Below, piece by piece: positions 36,635 to 45,684 of a DNA stretch of 46,056 nt (position 1 is its first letter; each line of letters begins with the position of its first letter). Origin of the DNA: a virus (taxonomy: Duplodnaviria > Caudoviricetes); the IMG/VR virus record IMGVR_UViG_3300020409_000930, positions 1 through 46,056 of that record, one strand, 5' to 3'. A program made the position numbers and the translations under genes. The notes beneath the pieces were generated by a model, which saw nothing but the letters and a program-made list of their open reading frames with translations, was not told the DNA's origin and made no database searches.

Positions 36635-37517
36635 TTAATAACTCCTGTATCCATAAATCTATTTCTAATTGTTTGCTCCAAAACATTTCATCATCTTGAT
36701 GTATAATTGCATTACGAATCATTTCTTCATATGCAGGTTCCGGACATAATCCTAATTGAACTGATTCACCGTTGCTTTCTCCGTCTTTATAGAAATGCAT
36801 CGCGATATCATCACCGAACGGACTTTTCCAACTTGCCATCAATATGAAAGTTTTATCTCCATTGGATAAAACCATTTCAGTTTGGTCAGGCACATTGTAT
36901 ACGCCATCTTTGTTTATTGTACCATAATCTGTTCCAGTGCAATCTTTCAACGTGTATTTTTGTTCTTTAGTAAATTTTTTAATACGATAATCTTTATATG
37001 TAGGGCCAGCCATTGCCACAAATAAACTTATCAGATGCGGAAGTAAATCTTTTTCAACTCCTCCCATTGCAAATTTTTTATCTGTAAACCATGTACCAGG
37101 ACTAGGAATCCTATCCTTATTAATCCAGTTTATTTGCACCACATCACTTTTTAATGCTTTGTCATACATTTCTTTAATACTATCACGCCACATATTGTTC
37201 TTTGTCATCATAAACTTTGTAGGTTTATTTAGGTTGTTTAATATACGCCAATGATTAGTTGACTCTACTCCAGGTTTTTCTACAAAAACAATCTTTGAAT
37301 GTGGAGCGACTTTTTGTGCTACCTTAAAATGCAAATGATTGGGCACACAGATATGAGCGGTATCAAATGGACTATGAGTCGCGAGTGCTGTGGTAAGTTC
37401 AACAAAGTCGGCATTCTTGGATTGATCTCTGTCCACAGTGATTACATTATGTCCCATTTTTGTCAAGACATCTTTGTACAACTGTCCAAATCCCATACCA
37501 ACTATTAAACTTTTCAT
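36606..37517 (-). CDS. Gfo/Idh/MocA family oxidoreductase
   Basis: IVGMGFG, ICVPNHLH, VFVEKP, GGVEKDLLPH. Confidence 0.85.
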   Translation of the reverse strand: MKSLIVGMGFGQLYKDVLTKMGHNVITVDRDQSKNADFVELTTALATHSPFDTAHICVPNHLHFKVAQKVAPHSKIVFVEKPGVESTNHWRILNNLNKPTKFMMTKNNMWRDSIKEMYDKALKSDVVQINWINKDRIPSPGTWFTDKKFAMGGVEKDLLPHLISLFVAMAGPTYKDYRIKKFTKEQKYTLKDCTGTDYGTINKDGVYNVPDQTEMVLSNGDKTFILMASWKSPFGDDIAMHFYKDGESNGESVQLGLCPEPAYEEMIRNAIIHQDDEMFWSKQLEIDLWIQELLSEDSENTLH

Positions 37518-37711
37518 CCGTTCACAGATCTCTTCATGTTGTCTAATTGTGTTTTCAAAAACAATTTAATTTTTTTAAATTTTACTAGTATTTGTTTACC
37601 GTCCCAACTTCTGTCGTAGTCACGTTCCTTTTCCATTTCTACAACTTTTTTCTTATACCAGTCGTATTCCTTTTGCACTGCCTTTATTTTCTTGCTCCTT
37701 ATTTTTGCCAT
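37514..37711 (-). CDS. Small basic hypothetical protein
   Basis: GGAGG SD before ATG 37711; coiled-coil-like. Confidence 0.6.
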   Translation of the reverse strand: MAKIRSKKIKAVQKEYDWYKKKVVEMEKERDYDRSWDGKQILVKFKKIKLFLKTQLDNMKRSVNG

Positions 37712-37712
37712 A

Positions 37713-39188
37713 TTATACCTCCTCGAATAAGTTTCCAAATTGCGTAGAAGCATTTACAGTCTTCTTACCTGTTGCTCCTCTTGTTCCTATAATTGACATC
37801 CAAAATCTACTAAACTCTTCAATCACTGCGTTTGCCTCATCTCTACTGCTTGTAGCGAATATGGCATGAACAATATCTTTGAAAGCAATCCTATCAAACT
37901 TTTCTTCTACCAACATATGAGGATTGATACCTTTGTCATATGCTTCATTGGCTTCTTGAACTGCTTTAATGTGCATCCAAACATTGTGCGCCATTTGTAG
38001 TGTGTAACTGAAACTATCCCAACTTGTTTTAGGGTCATTTTTCATTTTGTTTAAATCTCCTGGATTGTAACAAGTTATATCCTTTAACATCCATCTTTCA
38101 CTTACTGGACTATCTCTAAACGCAGGAAATATGCCTTTGTCTAGCACAGCCTCTCTGAATGGTCTAGTATCTTTGGCAAATGCTTTGTCATCTGCACTAG
38201 GCATCATTCTGTAAACCCATTTCTTTTTGTCTTTAATTTCTATATCTGTATACACCTGTCCATTCGCACTTGCAAGGAAAGGACTTGCACAATCAAATGT
38301 AATCATAAAGTTTTCATTGTGGTATTTCCTTACTGCTCTCTGAATGTCTGTCAGTAATACTGCCCATTCCAATTTGCTTGTGCCTAAGAAGTGCATGACA
38401 TCATGTTTGCCTTTTTCAAGCAATCCATCAAATCTCAATGCAACCAAACGTTTCAATGCCAAGTGTACATCACACATATTTTGTCCACCCATTGCCCAAC
38501 CATTGAAGTGATCTGTATATTTCTTAGGATCACAATAATCTTTCATTTGAAGATACCAATCATCTGCTTGTTGGAAGTTTTCACCTTGAAGCACATTTAA
38601 GAACTTACAATTACCATTTCTATTTTTCATAAAGTAATCGTTGTTTATCTTTGTGCCATCGACTGCTTCTTGATATGAATTAATATTACTTGCCTTGGCA
38701 CCCTGAGGAGACCTAGACACCCAAGCAGGAATATCAAGTATCATACCATAGTCCATATTTCCGTCCATGAACTCCAGCACTTGTTCTCTTTTCTTTTTGG
38801 CTTTAGGACAAGATGGATCTTTCCAATCTCCTTCCCAAACTCCTTTACCAATCTGGAAACCACCCGAGTCACCTAGTACCCAGTTGTCTTTTCTATCTCT
38901 GTTCCTAATGATATCATCTCTAACAGAAAAGTGTTTCATATTCAAGTCGGCGTGTCCTGCCGAATATAAATGCCACTTGTAATAGAAATAAGTGTCCTTT
39001 GATTTCATGTAGTTCAAACCTTCAACGCCATGTTCAAAGTTTTGCGGAACTCTCTTAGGCAAGATGTAATCCTCTTCGTGTCTTGCTTTACCTAAGTCCC
39101 TAGCAAAGAAACTGCTCATAGCAGGAAGGAACGTTGCGTAGTCCTTCTGTTTGTCAGTTAAACTATCAGTTGGTATCTTCTTATCCAT
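37713..39188 (-). CDS. TGT/DpdA-family guanine transglycosylase
   Basis: DSGGFQ, MILDIP, NVLQG, GWAMGG, MHFLG, TFDCAS: TGT catalytic motifs in the correct order. Confidence 0.8.
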   Translation of the reverse strand: MDKKIPTDSLTDKQKDYATFLPAMSSFFARDLGKARHEEDYILPKRVPQNFEHGVEGLNYMKSKDTYFYYKWHLYSAGHADLNMKHFSVRDDIIRNRDRKDNWVLGDSGGFQIGKGVWEGDWKDPSCPKAKKKREQVLEFMDGNMDYGMILDIPAWVSRSPQGAKASNINSYQEAVDGTKINNDYFMKNRNGNCKFLNVLQGENFQQADDWYLQMKDYCDPKKYTDHFNGWAMGGQNMCDVHLALKRLVALRFDGLLEKGKHDVMHFLGTSKLEWAVLLTDIQRAVRKYHNENFMITFDCASPFLASANGQVYTDIEIKDKKKWVYRMMPSADDKAFAKDTRPFREAVLDKGIFPAFRDSPVSERWMLKDITCYNPGDLNKMKNDPKTSWDSFSYTLQMAHNVWMHIKAVQEANEAYDKGINPHMLVEEKFDRIAFKDIVHAIFATSSRDEANAVIEEFSRFWMSIIGTRGATGKKTVNASTQFGNLFEEV

Positions 39189-39191
39189 ATA

Positions 39192-39920
39192 CTACTTTGT
39201 TTGTGCAGGCAGTATGTAATCATATTGACCAATACCACTATCAACACTTATTTTCATTGCTCCTTGATCTGATATACTCATCTTGATTCTACCATCGAGA
39301 CTCAATATACTAATAACTTGTTGTATAGGCCAACTCCAAGAATTTTGTAATTCTTTTGTTACGTTGGTTTCAAATATAAAAGAACCTGCGTGTGAATTAG
39401 CATCACCAAAGTAAAACACTAAATTATTGTTTTCAGTTTTTACTGTGAATACAGTTTCTTCAACGTGTGCCGCCGCTTGTAGTTTCAATCTAGCAATCGC
39501 CGCCACTCTTGGTTCAAACTCTATGTCCCAAGTTGTTCCTTTAAATTTTACAGATTTTAATTTCTCATTAATGATTTCAGTGCTCATAAATCTGTAATCA
39601 TTTTTAAAATCCTTTCCAGCATTTTCAAAGTGTATGTGCGTTGGAATAGTTTTGCCATTTCTTTCCGCTGACTTAACTTCTATCTTTGCGTCCTTTTGAT
39701 ATTCAGGACATTTTAAGTGAAGTGCCAACTTATCCAAGTTAGGCATTCCAAACACACCATCAAATTCATTTACTTTGTTGTTTGTGTTTGCTGAAAGTAT
39801 CACTGATCTATCTTCAGCCATACTTTCTATTTTTGTTTGTTCCTCATTTGACACTTTTACTAAACTTAAAAAGCCTAGCGAATGTGTATGAGCAACTATG
39901 TCTTGTAAGATGTCTTTCAT
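39192..39920 (-). CDS. Putative DNA polymerase sliding clamp-like protein
   Basis: About 240 aa with a beta-rich two-domain pattern ending YILPA; near polB; fold is inferred. Confidence 0.5.
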   Translation of the reverse strand: MKDILQDIVAHTHSLGFLSLVKVSNEEQTKIESMAEDRSVILSANTNNKVNEFDGVFGMPNLDKLALHLKCPEYQKDAKIEVKSAERNGKTIPTHIHFENAGKDFKNDYRFMSTEIINEKLKSVKFKGTTWDIEFEPRVAAIARLKLQAAAHVEETVFTVKTENNNLVFYFGDANSHAGSFIFETNVTKELQNSWSWPIQQVISILSLDGRIKMSISDQGAMKISVDSGIGQYDYILPAQTK

Positions 39921-39940
39921 TATTTTCTCCTCATAGTTAC

Positions 39941-39969
39941 ATTATATTTAGGTTTTGGCGAAAAGTCAA
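39941..39969 (-). promoter_or_regulatory. Sigma70-type promoter with overlapping TAAATA
   Basis: TTGACT-17 nt-TATAAT; reads ccTAAATAtaat. Confidence 0.8.
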
Positions 39970-39981
39970 TCACGAATCCTA

Positions 39982-40521
39982 TCATCTTTTCCTAACTCCA
40001 AAACGTTTATATGCCTTTTGGACACTCTTTGCCTGGAAATAACAATCAGCAAGTGCATTGTGCAAATCCATTTGTATCGATTTCCTAGGATCTTCAGGTA
40101 GCATACCAAATAGTGTTCTACTATCACGTATCTGCCAATAGTTCCAAGGAACAGGCGTATTCAATTGTGCATATAAATTTTGTAAGATTGCGTAGTCAAA
40201 CAATGGACCTTGACACCAAAGTTCATCTAATCCCACACACCATTTGTTAAGTTGTCTAACAAATTCAGTTAATTGCACTCTATCCTCATCTCCGAGTGCT
40301 TCATTTCTAATTTTTTCATCTTGTTTTGCCCACCACTCTAATGTGCCTTGGTCAACATGGCGGTCCAGTTCGCTTTGTTCGTCAACATTTAATCTAAGAT
40401 ATAATCCACTATGTGGCTCTAAATCAGTGTATGGATCGAATTTTATTGCTCCTACTGTCAACACGGTAGCGTCTGGTCTAGTGCTTAATGTTTCCAAGTC
40501 TATCATTCCGTGTGTAGCCAT
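39982..40521 (-). CDS. DEDDh 3'-5' exonuclease (DexA/RNase AS-like)
   Basis: MIDLET, GPLFD, RDSRT, HNALAD. Confidence 0.88.
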   Translation of the reverse strand: MATHGMIDLETLSTRPDATVLTVGAIKFDPYTDLEPHSGLYLRLNVDEQSELDRHVDQGTLEWWAKQDEKIRNEALGDEDRVQLTEFVRQLNKWCVGLDELWCQGPLFDYAILQNLYAQLNTPVPWNYWQIRDSRTLFGMLPEDPRKSIQMDLHNALADCYFQAKSVQKAYKRFGVRKR

Positions 40522-43191
40522 CTATCCTCCAAAGTCAAATAAGTTGTTAAATGTGTTTTTGCTTTCAGTCGACTTGATATCCCAACCAAGTACGCCTAAT
40601 AAATTTCCTAGTTTGTTATCTATAAGTGTGCTTTCCATAGCATCATTATCAAACGGAAGTTCTTTGAACCAAATTGGTATGTGCATTTCATCTGTTGGAT
40701 ACGCAACTGAAGTGTACTCCAATGGATTCTTTTTAAGTTTACACACAATAACTTTCATACCATCATGTATTTCCATTGAGTATTTGTCGCTATGCATTTT
40801 CTTTAAGTTATTCCAATTTAAACTTGCTCTCACGTGTCCAGGCATATTTGCCTTACCGAGACGTGCTTCTTTTTTAGCATACTCTTGAATGTTGTTTGCT
40901 CTACGTGGTGATCCTTTTTCCCAACCAGGTCTTTGTTTGAATTCATTTCTAAATTGACTAATCCTATCTAAAACTTCTGCTTCTGTCTTTTTAGTCAACA
41001 CCATGAGCAATAGTTCATTTAAGAAGTCCTGTATAAAAACAGGAGTATCTGATCTCTTAAGGTCAAGACCCATTGCTTTAATTTTGCCTGGCTTGTCTTC
41101 AACATCTTGTCTGTATCCTTCCAAGTCATATATCAGTATTGCATATCTTTTCTTTGTGATAAACAATCCTGTTTCAGCAACAGATTCTCTACCTGCTTGT
41201 ATCACTTCTGCTCTGCTTTTTAAACAATGGAAAGCCTCAGCCATAAACTTTTTAAAACTGCCATTTACTTCTTCACACACTTGATCATATAACTTTATTA
41301 CACTTTCTTTAGTCCAAGGTATACTGCCATCATTAATTTCTTTTTTCAATACTTCATACGCACTAAAATAAGCGGAGTCAGTGTCACCATATATTATTGC
41401 TTTTCCTACGTGGTTGTATTCGCCTGTGATCACTTCATTAATTTTTGCCGCCATGTGTTTACTAATCTGTCTACCGGATAACGTAGTGGATTGACCTATA
41501 CGTTTGTCAAAGAATCTACAACCTGGATTTAAAATTGCACCATACAGTGAATTTAGATTAATCTTTTTTACAAGTTGTCTTTTATCCCAAAATTCTATTT
41601 CAGCATTGTTGTTTGCCTCTTTGGCTTTCTTTAACATACTTTGCATTTCTTTTCTTTCTTTATACCAACGTGCAAGTAGTCCTGGAATGACTCCTTCAAA
41701 TTCACTTGTAAATATTGTACCATTAGCACTTAACATCATAGGATTGTTGCTGTCGAAAACCATCTTGTACACTTCAGCACCACTCATTACTTCAGATTTT
41801 CCATCTTCCCAATCAACGTGTATGGATATATCTTTCCTTTGTTCCATCACTGCATCATATTCTAAAGAACCAAAATGGTTCTCCCAAGCACCTGCAAATG
41901 ATTTCTTTTGTAGAGTCATTTGCTCTTCAATGTATTCGTCTGTGTGACTAGGTCTTAATTGTCCCATCACACACTCGGGAGCCATGTTCAATGCTCTAAT
42001 CACCGAAGGATACAGTGAATTGATGTCCATTGATCCTATCCAGTCATGCAATCCTTTTTTAGGAAATGCCACATAAGCACCTGCGGCTGTTGTACTATCC
42101 GAATCTCTCTTAGGTCTATTCGGAACTTGTACGCCTCTTCTGTGTGCTTCATTGATAATTGCTTGTTCAGTCACTGCAACTGCACCTAGTGTTGTTTGTA
42201 GTAAGACTGTGTTTGCGTGTGCAAGTTCATTTGTAAGTGCAATAAATTTTAGTTTCCTATCTAGTTTGTCAATAAGATTAACGTCCTGTCTATTATATTC
42301 AACGAAAGTTCTGAAATCTTGATTGTATAATTGATCCAAACTGCCTTCATAAACAGTTTTCTTTTCTCCTAGTTCATGTTCACCGATAGCATCTAATCTA
42401 TAAGAATGTCTTTCTTCATAAGTGTATTTTCTATAAAGTTCTAATGAATCTAAATGCACTCTGCCAACTAGGTCGTATGTTTCTTGCTCACGACCAAATC
42501 TTTCAAATACTCTTTTCTTAGGCAGTTGTTTCCATAAGCAAAGTTTTCTTGTATCATCTTTGCTTAAAATTTTCTGTATTCTGTTTACCACATAAGGTAT
42601 ATCATAACCTTCTGAATTCCAACCACTGATTACGTCAGCGTCTTGAATTATATCTAGAAATGCTGTCAGCATTTCTCCTTCATCTTTGTAAAGATATAAA
42701 TTTTCTATTCCTTTTGTGACTTCTTTCGCTTCATCTATACTCATTGTTTTGGGTGGCATAGCGAAAGTCACTGTGCTGTCTAGCCATTGTAATGCAACAG
42801 TGATTGCCGTTATCGGCATGAATGGATCACTTGGATTACTAAAACCTTTCTCAGGATCGAAGTCTGCCTCAATATCAAAGAACGCAGTTCTTAATTCTGG
42901 AGCATCACGATTTAAATAGTTTTCGCTCAAGCATTGGAATATTGGATTTATATCAGATTCAAATAAATTTTTGTTCCTATTGATTGCAAGTTCTTTATGG
43001 AAGTCTTTTGTGGTCTTGGAAATAATTCTGTTTAAGGATTTACCCGTCGTGCTTTTATATTTTCCACGTGGGTCTTCATAATAAAATGTGTATTTGATTG
43101 GATATTCTTTGAAAACTCTTTCGCCATTTTGACGTTCAACTATTCTTATGAGATCGGAACCTCTGTCAAAATAACCATCTATATAACTCAT
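40522..43191 (-). CDS. polB: Family B DNA polymerase
   Basis: Exo FDIE, NSEGYDIPY, YNRQD; pol DINSLYPS, KINLNSLYG, YGDTDS, KKRY. Confidence 0.97.
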   Translation of the reverse strand: MSYIDGYFDRGSDLIRIVERQNGERVFKEYPIKYTFYYEDPRGKYKSTTGKSLNRIISKTTKDFHKELAINRNKNLFESDINPIFQCLSENYLNRDAPELRTAFFDIEADFDPEKGFSNPSDPFMPITAITVALQWLDSTVTFAMPPKTMSIDEAKEVTKGIENLYLYKDEGEMLTAFLDIIQDADVISGWNSEGYDIPYVVNRIQKILSKDDTRKLCLWKQLPKKRVFERFGREQETYDLVGRVHLDSLELYRKYTYEERHSYRLDAIGEHELGEKKTVYEGSLDQLYNQDFRTFVEYNRQDVNLIDKLDRKLKFIALTNELAHANTVLLQTTLGAVAVTEQAIINEAHRRGVQVPNRPKRDSDSTTAAGAYVAFPKKGLHDWIGSMDINSLYPSVIRALNMAPECVMGQLRPSHTDEYIEEQMTLQKKSFAGAWENHFGSLEYDAVMEQRKDISIHVDWEDGKSEVMSGAEVYKMVFDSNNPMMLSANGTIFTSEFEGVIPGLLARWYKERKEMQSMLKKAKEANNNAEIEFWDKRQLVKKINLNSLYGAILNPGCRFFDKRIGQSTTLSGRQISKHMAAKINEVITGEYNHVGKAIIYGDTDSAYFSAYEVLKKEINDGSIPWTKESVIKLYDQVCEEVNGSFKKFMAEAFHCLKSRAEVIQAGRESVAETGLFITKKRYAILIYDLEGYRQDVEDKPGKIKAMGLDLKRSDTPVFIQDFLNELLLMVLTKKTEAEVLDRISQFRNEFKQRPGWEKGSPRRANNIQEYAKKEARLGKANMPGHVRASLNWNNLKKMHSDKYSMEIHDGMKVIVCKLKKNPLEYTSVAYPTDEMHIPIWFKELPFDNDAMESTLIDNKLGNLLGVLGWDIKSTESKNTFNNLFDFGG

Positions 43192-43203
43192 TTATTCTCC
43201 TAA

Positions 43204-43249
43204 TGTCATTTGTGGCTGACACATACCTAATAATCACTTGTGGCTGATT
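43204..43249 (-). promoter_or_regulatory. Tandem hairpins upstream of the polB SD, putative translational operator
   Basis: AAUCA-GCCACAAG-UGAUU and UGUCA-GCCACAAA-UGACA with 28-nt period; second ends 2 nt before AGGAG. Confidence 0.7.
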
Positions 43250-43253
43250 GGGC

Positions 43254-43484
43254 CTAACGCAAATAATATAACATTATACCGCCTATTCCGGTAATTGTCA
43301 ATACTGCATTTGTAGTTATCAGTGCCGGCTCTTTCCAAATCACTGAAACGACTAACCAAATTATTCCACCTAATGCTAAAAGCATTGGACCTATCGGATA
43401 GAGATGTGGAAATCCTGCGTTAACGAAAGTTCCTACAATTAATGTAAATGTAGCAATCCATTTTAAAATTTGATCACTTTTCAT
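43254..43484 (-). CDS. Small membrane protein (about 3 TM)
   Basis: Three hydrophobic segments; start uncertain (43484 or 43493). Confidence 0.65.
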   Translation of the reverse strand: MKSDQILKWIATFTLIVGTFVNAGFPHLYPIGPMLLALGGIIWLVVSVIWKEPALITTNAVLTITGIGGIMLYYLR

Positions 43485-44523
43485 ATTTGTCAAACACTCT
43501 GTTAATTACATTGTTTACACACACGAAGTGAGCACACTTAGGCATATCCTTAACACGTCTAGCACCTATATAAGTGCAAGTGCTTCTTATACCACCTAAT
43601 AATTGTTCAACAGTGTCTTTGACTGGGCCTTTGTCATCTAGTATAACTGTCTTGCCTTCTGTGCCTCTGTATCCATCTTTTCTTGCGCCATGTGTATCGA
43701 ATGCTGATTGTGAACTCATTCCATAAAAATATCTTTTGCCATCTTTTAATTCTGTTTCGCCTTCATCGTGTCCTGCTAACATACCGCCTAGCATGACAAA
43801 GTGTGCGCCTGCTCCTAATGCCTTTGAAATATCTCCTGGTTGTGTACAACCTCCATCTGCAATGATGTGTCCGTCGACTCCATTAGCCGCATCGGCACAT
43901 TCAATTATTGCAGAAAATTGCGGAACGCCAACACCAGTCTGTGTTCGTGTAGTACACACACTACCTGGACCTATACCAACTTTAACTATGTCGGCTCCGT
44001 TTAGTATTAATTCTTCTGTCATGTTTGGTGTAACAACATTACCAGCAATTATAATTTTGTCTGGATATTCATTTCTTATTCTCTGTACAAATGAAACAAA
44101 TTGTTCATGATACGCATTTGCAACATCAATGGTTATCACTGGAATGTCTGGAAATGCCTCCATAACCTTTTTCAGTGTTTGATAGTCTTGTGCGTTTTCG
44201 TCCCAAAGTGCACCTGTGCCTACGCAGGCAGATACGTATTTGAATTTCATCCCTGTGCCTGCCGCTTCTTTCCAATCGTCTATTGTGTAATGCTTTCTGA
44301 TCACAGTCAACATTTTAAATTCTTGCAACACCCTTGCCATAGAAAAAGTGCCTACGCCATCCATGTTGGATGCCATCACCGGCACATAACTCAATTCTTT
44401 TCCGCTGTTTCTAAATTTGTACTTCCTTAATATATCAACATCTCTCCTAGAACTTAATGCTGATCTCTTAGGTTGCAACAATACGTCTGAATAATCTAAA
44501 TGTATGTTATAATCAATTCTCAT
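43474..44523 (-). CDS. guaC: GMP reductase
   Basis: DVLLQPKRS, SNMDGVG, IDVANAY, KVGIGPGSVCTTR, EGKTV; no CBS domains. Confidence 0.92.
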   Translation of the reverse strand: MRIDYNIHLDYSDVLLQPKRSALSSRRDVDILRKYKFRNSGKELSYVPVMASNMDGVGTFSMARVLQEFKMLTVIRKHYTIDDWKEAAGTGMKFKYVSACVGTGALWDENAQDYQTLKKVMEAFPDIPVITIDVANAYHEQFVSFVQRIRNEYPDKIIIAGNVVTPNMTEELILNGADIVKVGIGPGSVCTTRTQTGVGVPQFSAIIECADAANGVDGHIIADGGCTQPGDISKALGAGAHFVMLGGMLAGHDEGETELKDGKRYFYGMSSQSAFDTHGARKDGYRGTEGKTVILDDKGPVKDTVEQLLGGIRSTCTYIGARRVKDMPKCAHFVCVNNVINRVFDKYEK

Positions 44524-44812
44524 TAAAAAAGTCTTTCGTGTTTATTGCCCTATCATCTACCCAGTAATCATACACTGGCTTCTTCATCTGAATGGAAGTA
44601 AATTTAACCCCCCATTCAGAAAGTTGTTTGTGTGTAAGTTCAGTCCAATCTAGACCTGAATTACCACCCCTTGCTGTCCAGTAATGTATCTCGTTGCCTT
44701 CATCAAACAATTTGTTAAGTTTAGCGATACGATCCATATCTGGTTTGCTCTGCTCGTAATTGCTGTTTTCGTTATAACAAATTGTGTTGTCGATGTCGAC
44801 AATATATTTCAT
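44513..44812 (-). CDS. Small HAD-superfamily phosphatase-like protein
   Basis: VDIDNT, WTARG, KP...VDDRA. Confidence 0.8.
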   Translation of the reverse strand: MKYIVDIDNTICYNENSNYEQSKPDMDRIAKLNKLFDEGNEIHYWTARGGNSGLDWTELTHKQLSEWGVKFTSIQMKKPVYDYWVDDRAINTKDFFNEN

Positions 44813-45072
44813 TACTTGTCTTTGCCAACTGCAATAATTAAATTTTCTAAACTATCGAAAGCCTCAGAATATTTGCTCCACTCACCTTTGTGTGCAATTT
44901 TTATTGCCTTGTTGATTAGTGCAGGCTTTACTTCTAACTCTTCTGCCACTGCTTTGACAGTGTCTTTAAGTCCTGCATTTAAGTCTTCTACTTCCTGTAA
45001 AACATTTGAACCTTCATCAATGATTCTTTTTAGTTTTGCTTGTTCTTCAGGGCCGTATGTTCTTGCTGACAT
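44812..45072 (-). CDS. Phage dsDNA-binding protein (T4 DsbA/GapR-like)
   Basis: Helical 86-aa protein LKRIIDE...LKDTVKAVAEEL...INKAIKIAHK; AAGGAG SD. Confidence 0.55.
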   Translation of the reverse strand: MSARTYGPEEQAKLKRIIDEGSNVLQEVEDLNAGLKDTVKAVAEELEVKPALINKAIKIAHKGEWSKYSEAFDSLENLIIAVGKDK

Positions 45073-45073
45073 A

Positions 45074-45616
45074 TTATTCTCCTTTTAGATATTTTACCAT
45101 GTTTTCAGGCGTTGACTCAACATATGGGTCATCGTCAGTGCCTTCATTGTTTATGCCTGGCTCTTGCCACCATTTTTCTACCACACCGTCTTTTACCACT
45201 GCCATGTATCTCCAACTTCTGTTTCCGAAGCCTAAATGGTTTTTTCCAATTAGCATACCCATAAATCTTGTAAAGTTTCCAGAACCATCTGGAATCATTT
45301 TCACGTTTTGTATCTGCATTCTATCTGCCCATGCGTTCATTACAAATGAATCATTCACTGACACACAATAGATTTCATCTATTCCCATGCCTTTGATATT
45401 GGCATATTCTTTTTCGAAACCTGGAAGTTGTTGGCTTGAACACGTAGGAGTAAATGCTCCTGGTAAACTAAAAATTACTACTCTTTTACCTTTAAAATAT
45501 GAATCTGTTGTAGCATTATGCCATTCGCCACCAATAGCACAGCCGCCATCAGTTTCAACTTCATCACCTGTTCTTATTCTGAATGTTACTTTTGGAATTT
45601 TAAATCCTTCTATCAT
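45074..45616 (-). CDS. Peroxiredoxin (Prx5 type)
   Basis: SLPGAFTPTCS, SVNDSFVMNAW, DGSGNFT, RSWRY. Confidence 0.93.
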   Translation of the reverse strand: MIEGFKIPKVTFRIRTGDEVETDGGCAIGGEWHNATTDSYFKGKRVVIFSLPGAFTPTCSSQQLPGFEKEYANIKGMGIDEIYCVSVNDSFVMNAWADRMQIQNVKMIPDGSGNFTRFMGMLIGKNHLGFGNRSWRYMAVVKDGVVEKWWQEPGINNEGTDDDPYVESTPENMVKYLKGE

Positions 45617-45652
45617 ATAAACTAAACCTATTTTTAAAAATTAATATAACTG

Positions 45653-45681
45653 ATTATACTTAATTCTTAGGATAAAGTCAA
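45653..45681 (-). promoter_or_regulatory. Sigma70-type promoter with overlapping TAAGTA
   Basis: TTGACT-17 nt-TATAAT; reads atTAAGTAtaat. Confidence 0.8.
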
Positions 45682-45684
45682 TGA

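Noticed and set aside
40244-41947. Long antisense ORFs (40244-40888, 41504-41947) and the many other short opposite-strand ORFs in the track
   Set aside because: They shadow well-supported genes, have Ser/Leu/Phe-rich antisense composition, and show no RBS or motifs
40522-43191. Intein or intron in DNA polymerase
   Set aside because: Continuous 889-aa ORF with normal motif spacing
43204-43249. Mini CRISPR array or rho-independent terminator
   Set aside because: Only two units with a 10-nt spacer, no cas genes, weak stems and no U-tract; better explained as an operator
43474-44523. IMP dehydrogenase (guaB)
   Set aside because: Length, lack of CBS domains, and SNMDGVG/EGKTV motifs fit GMP reductase
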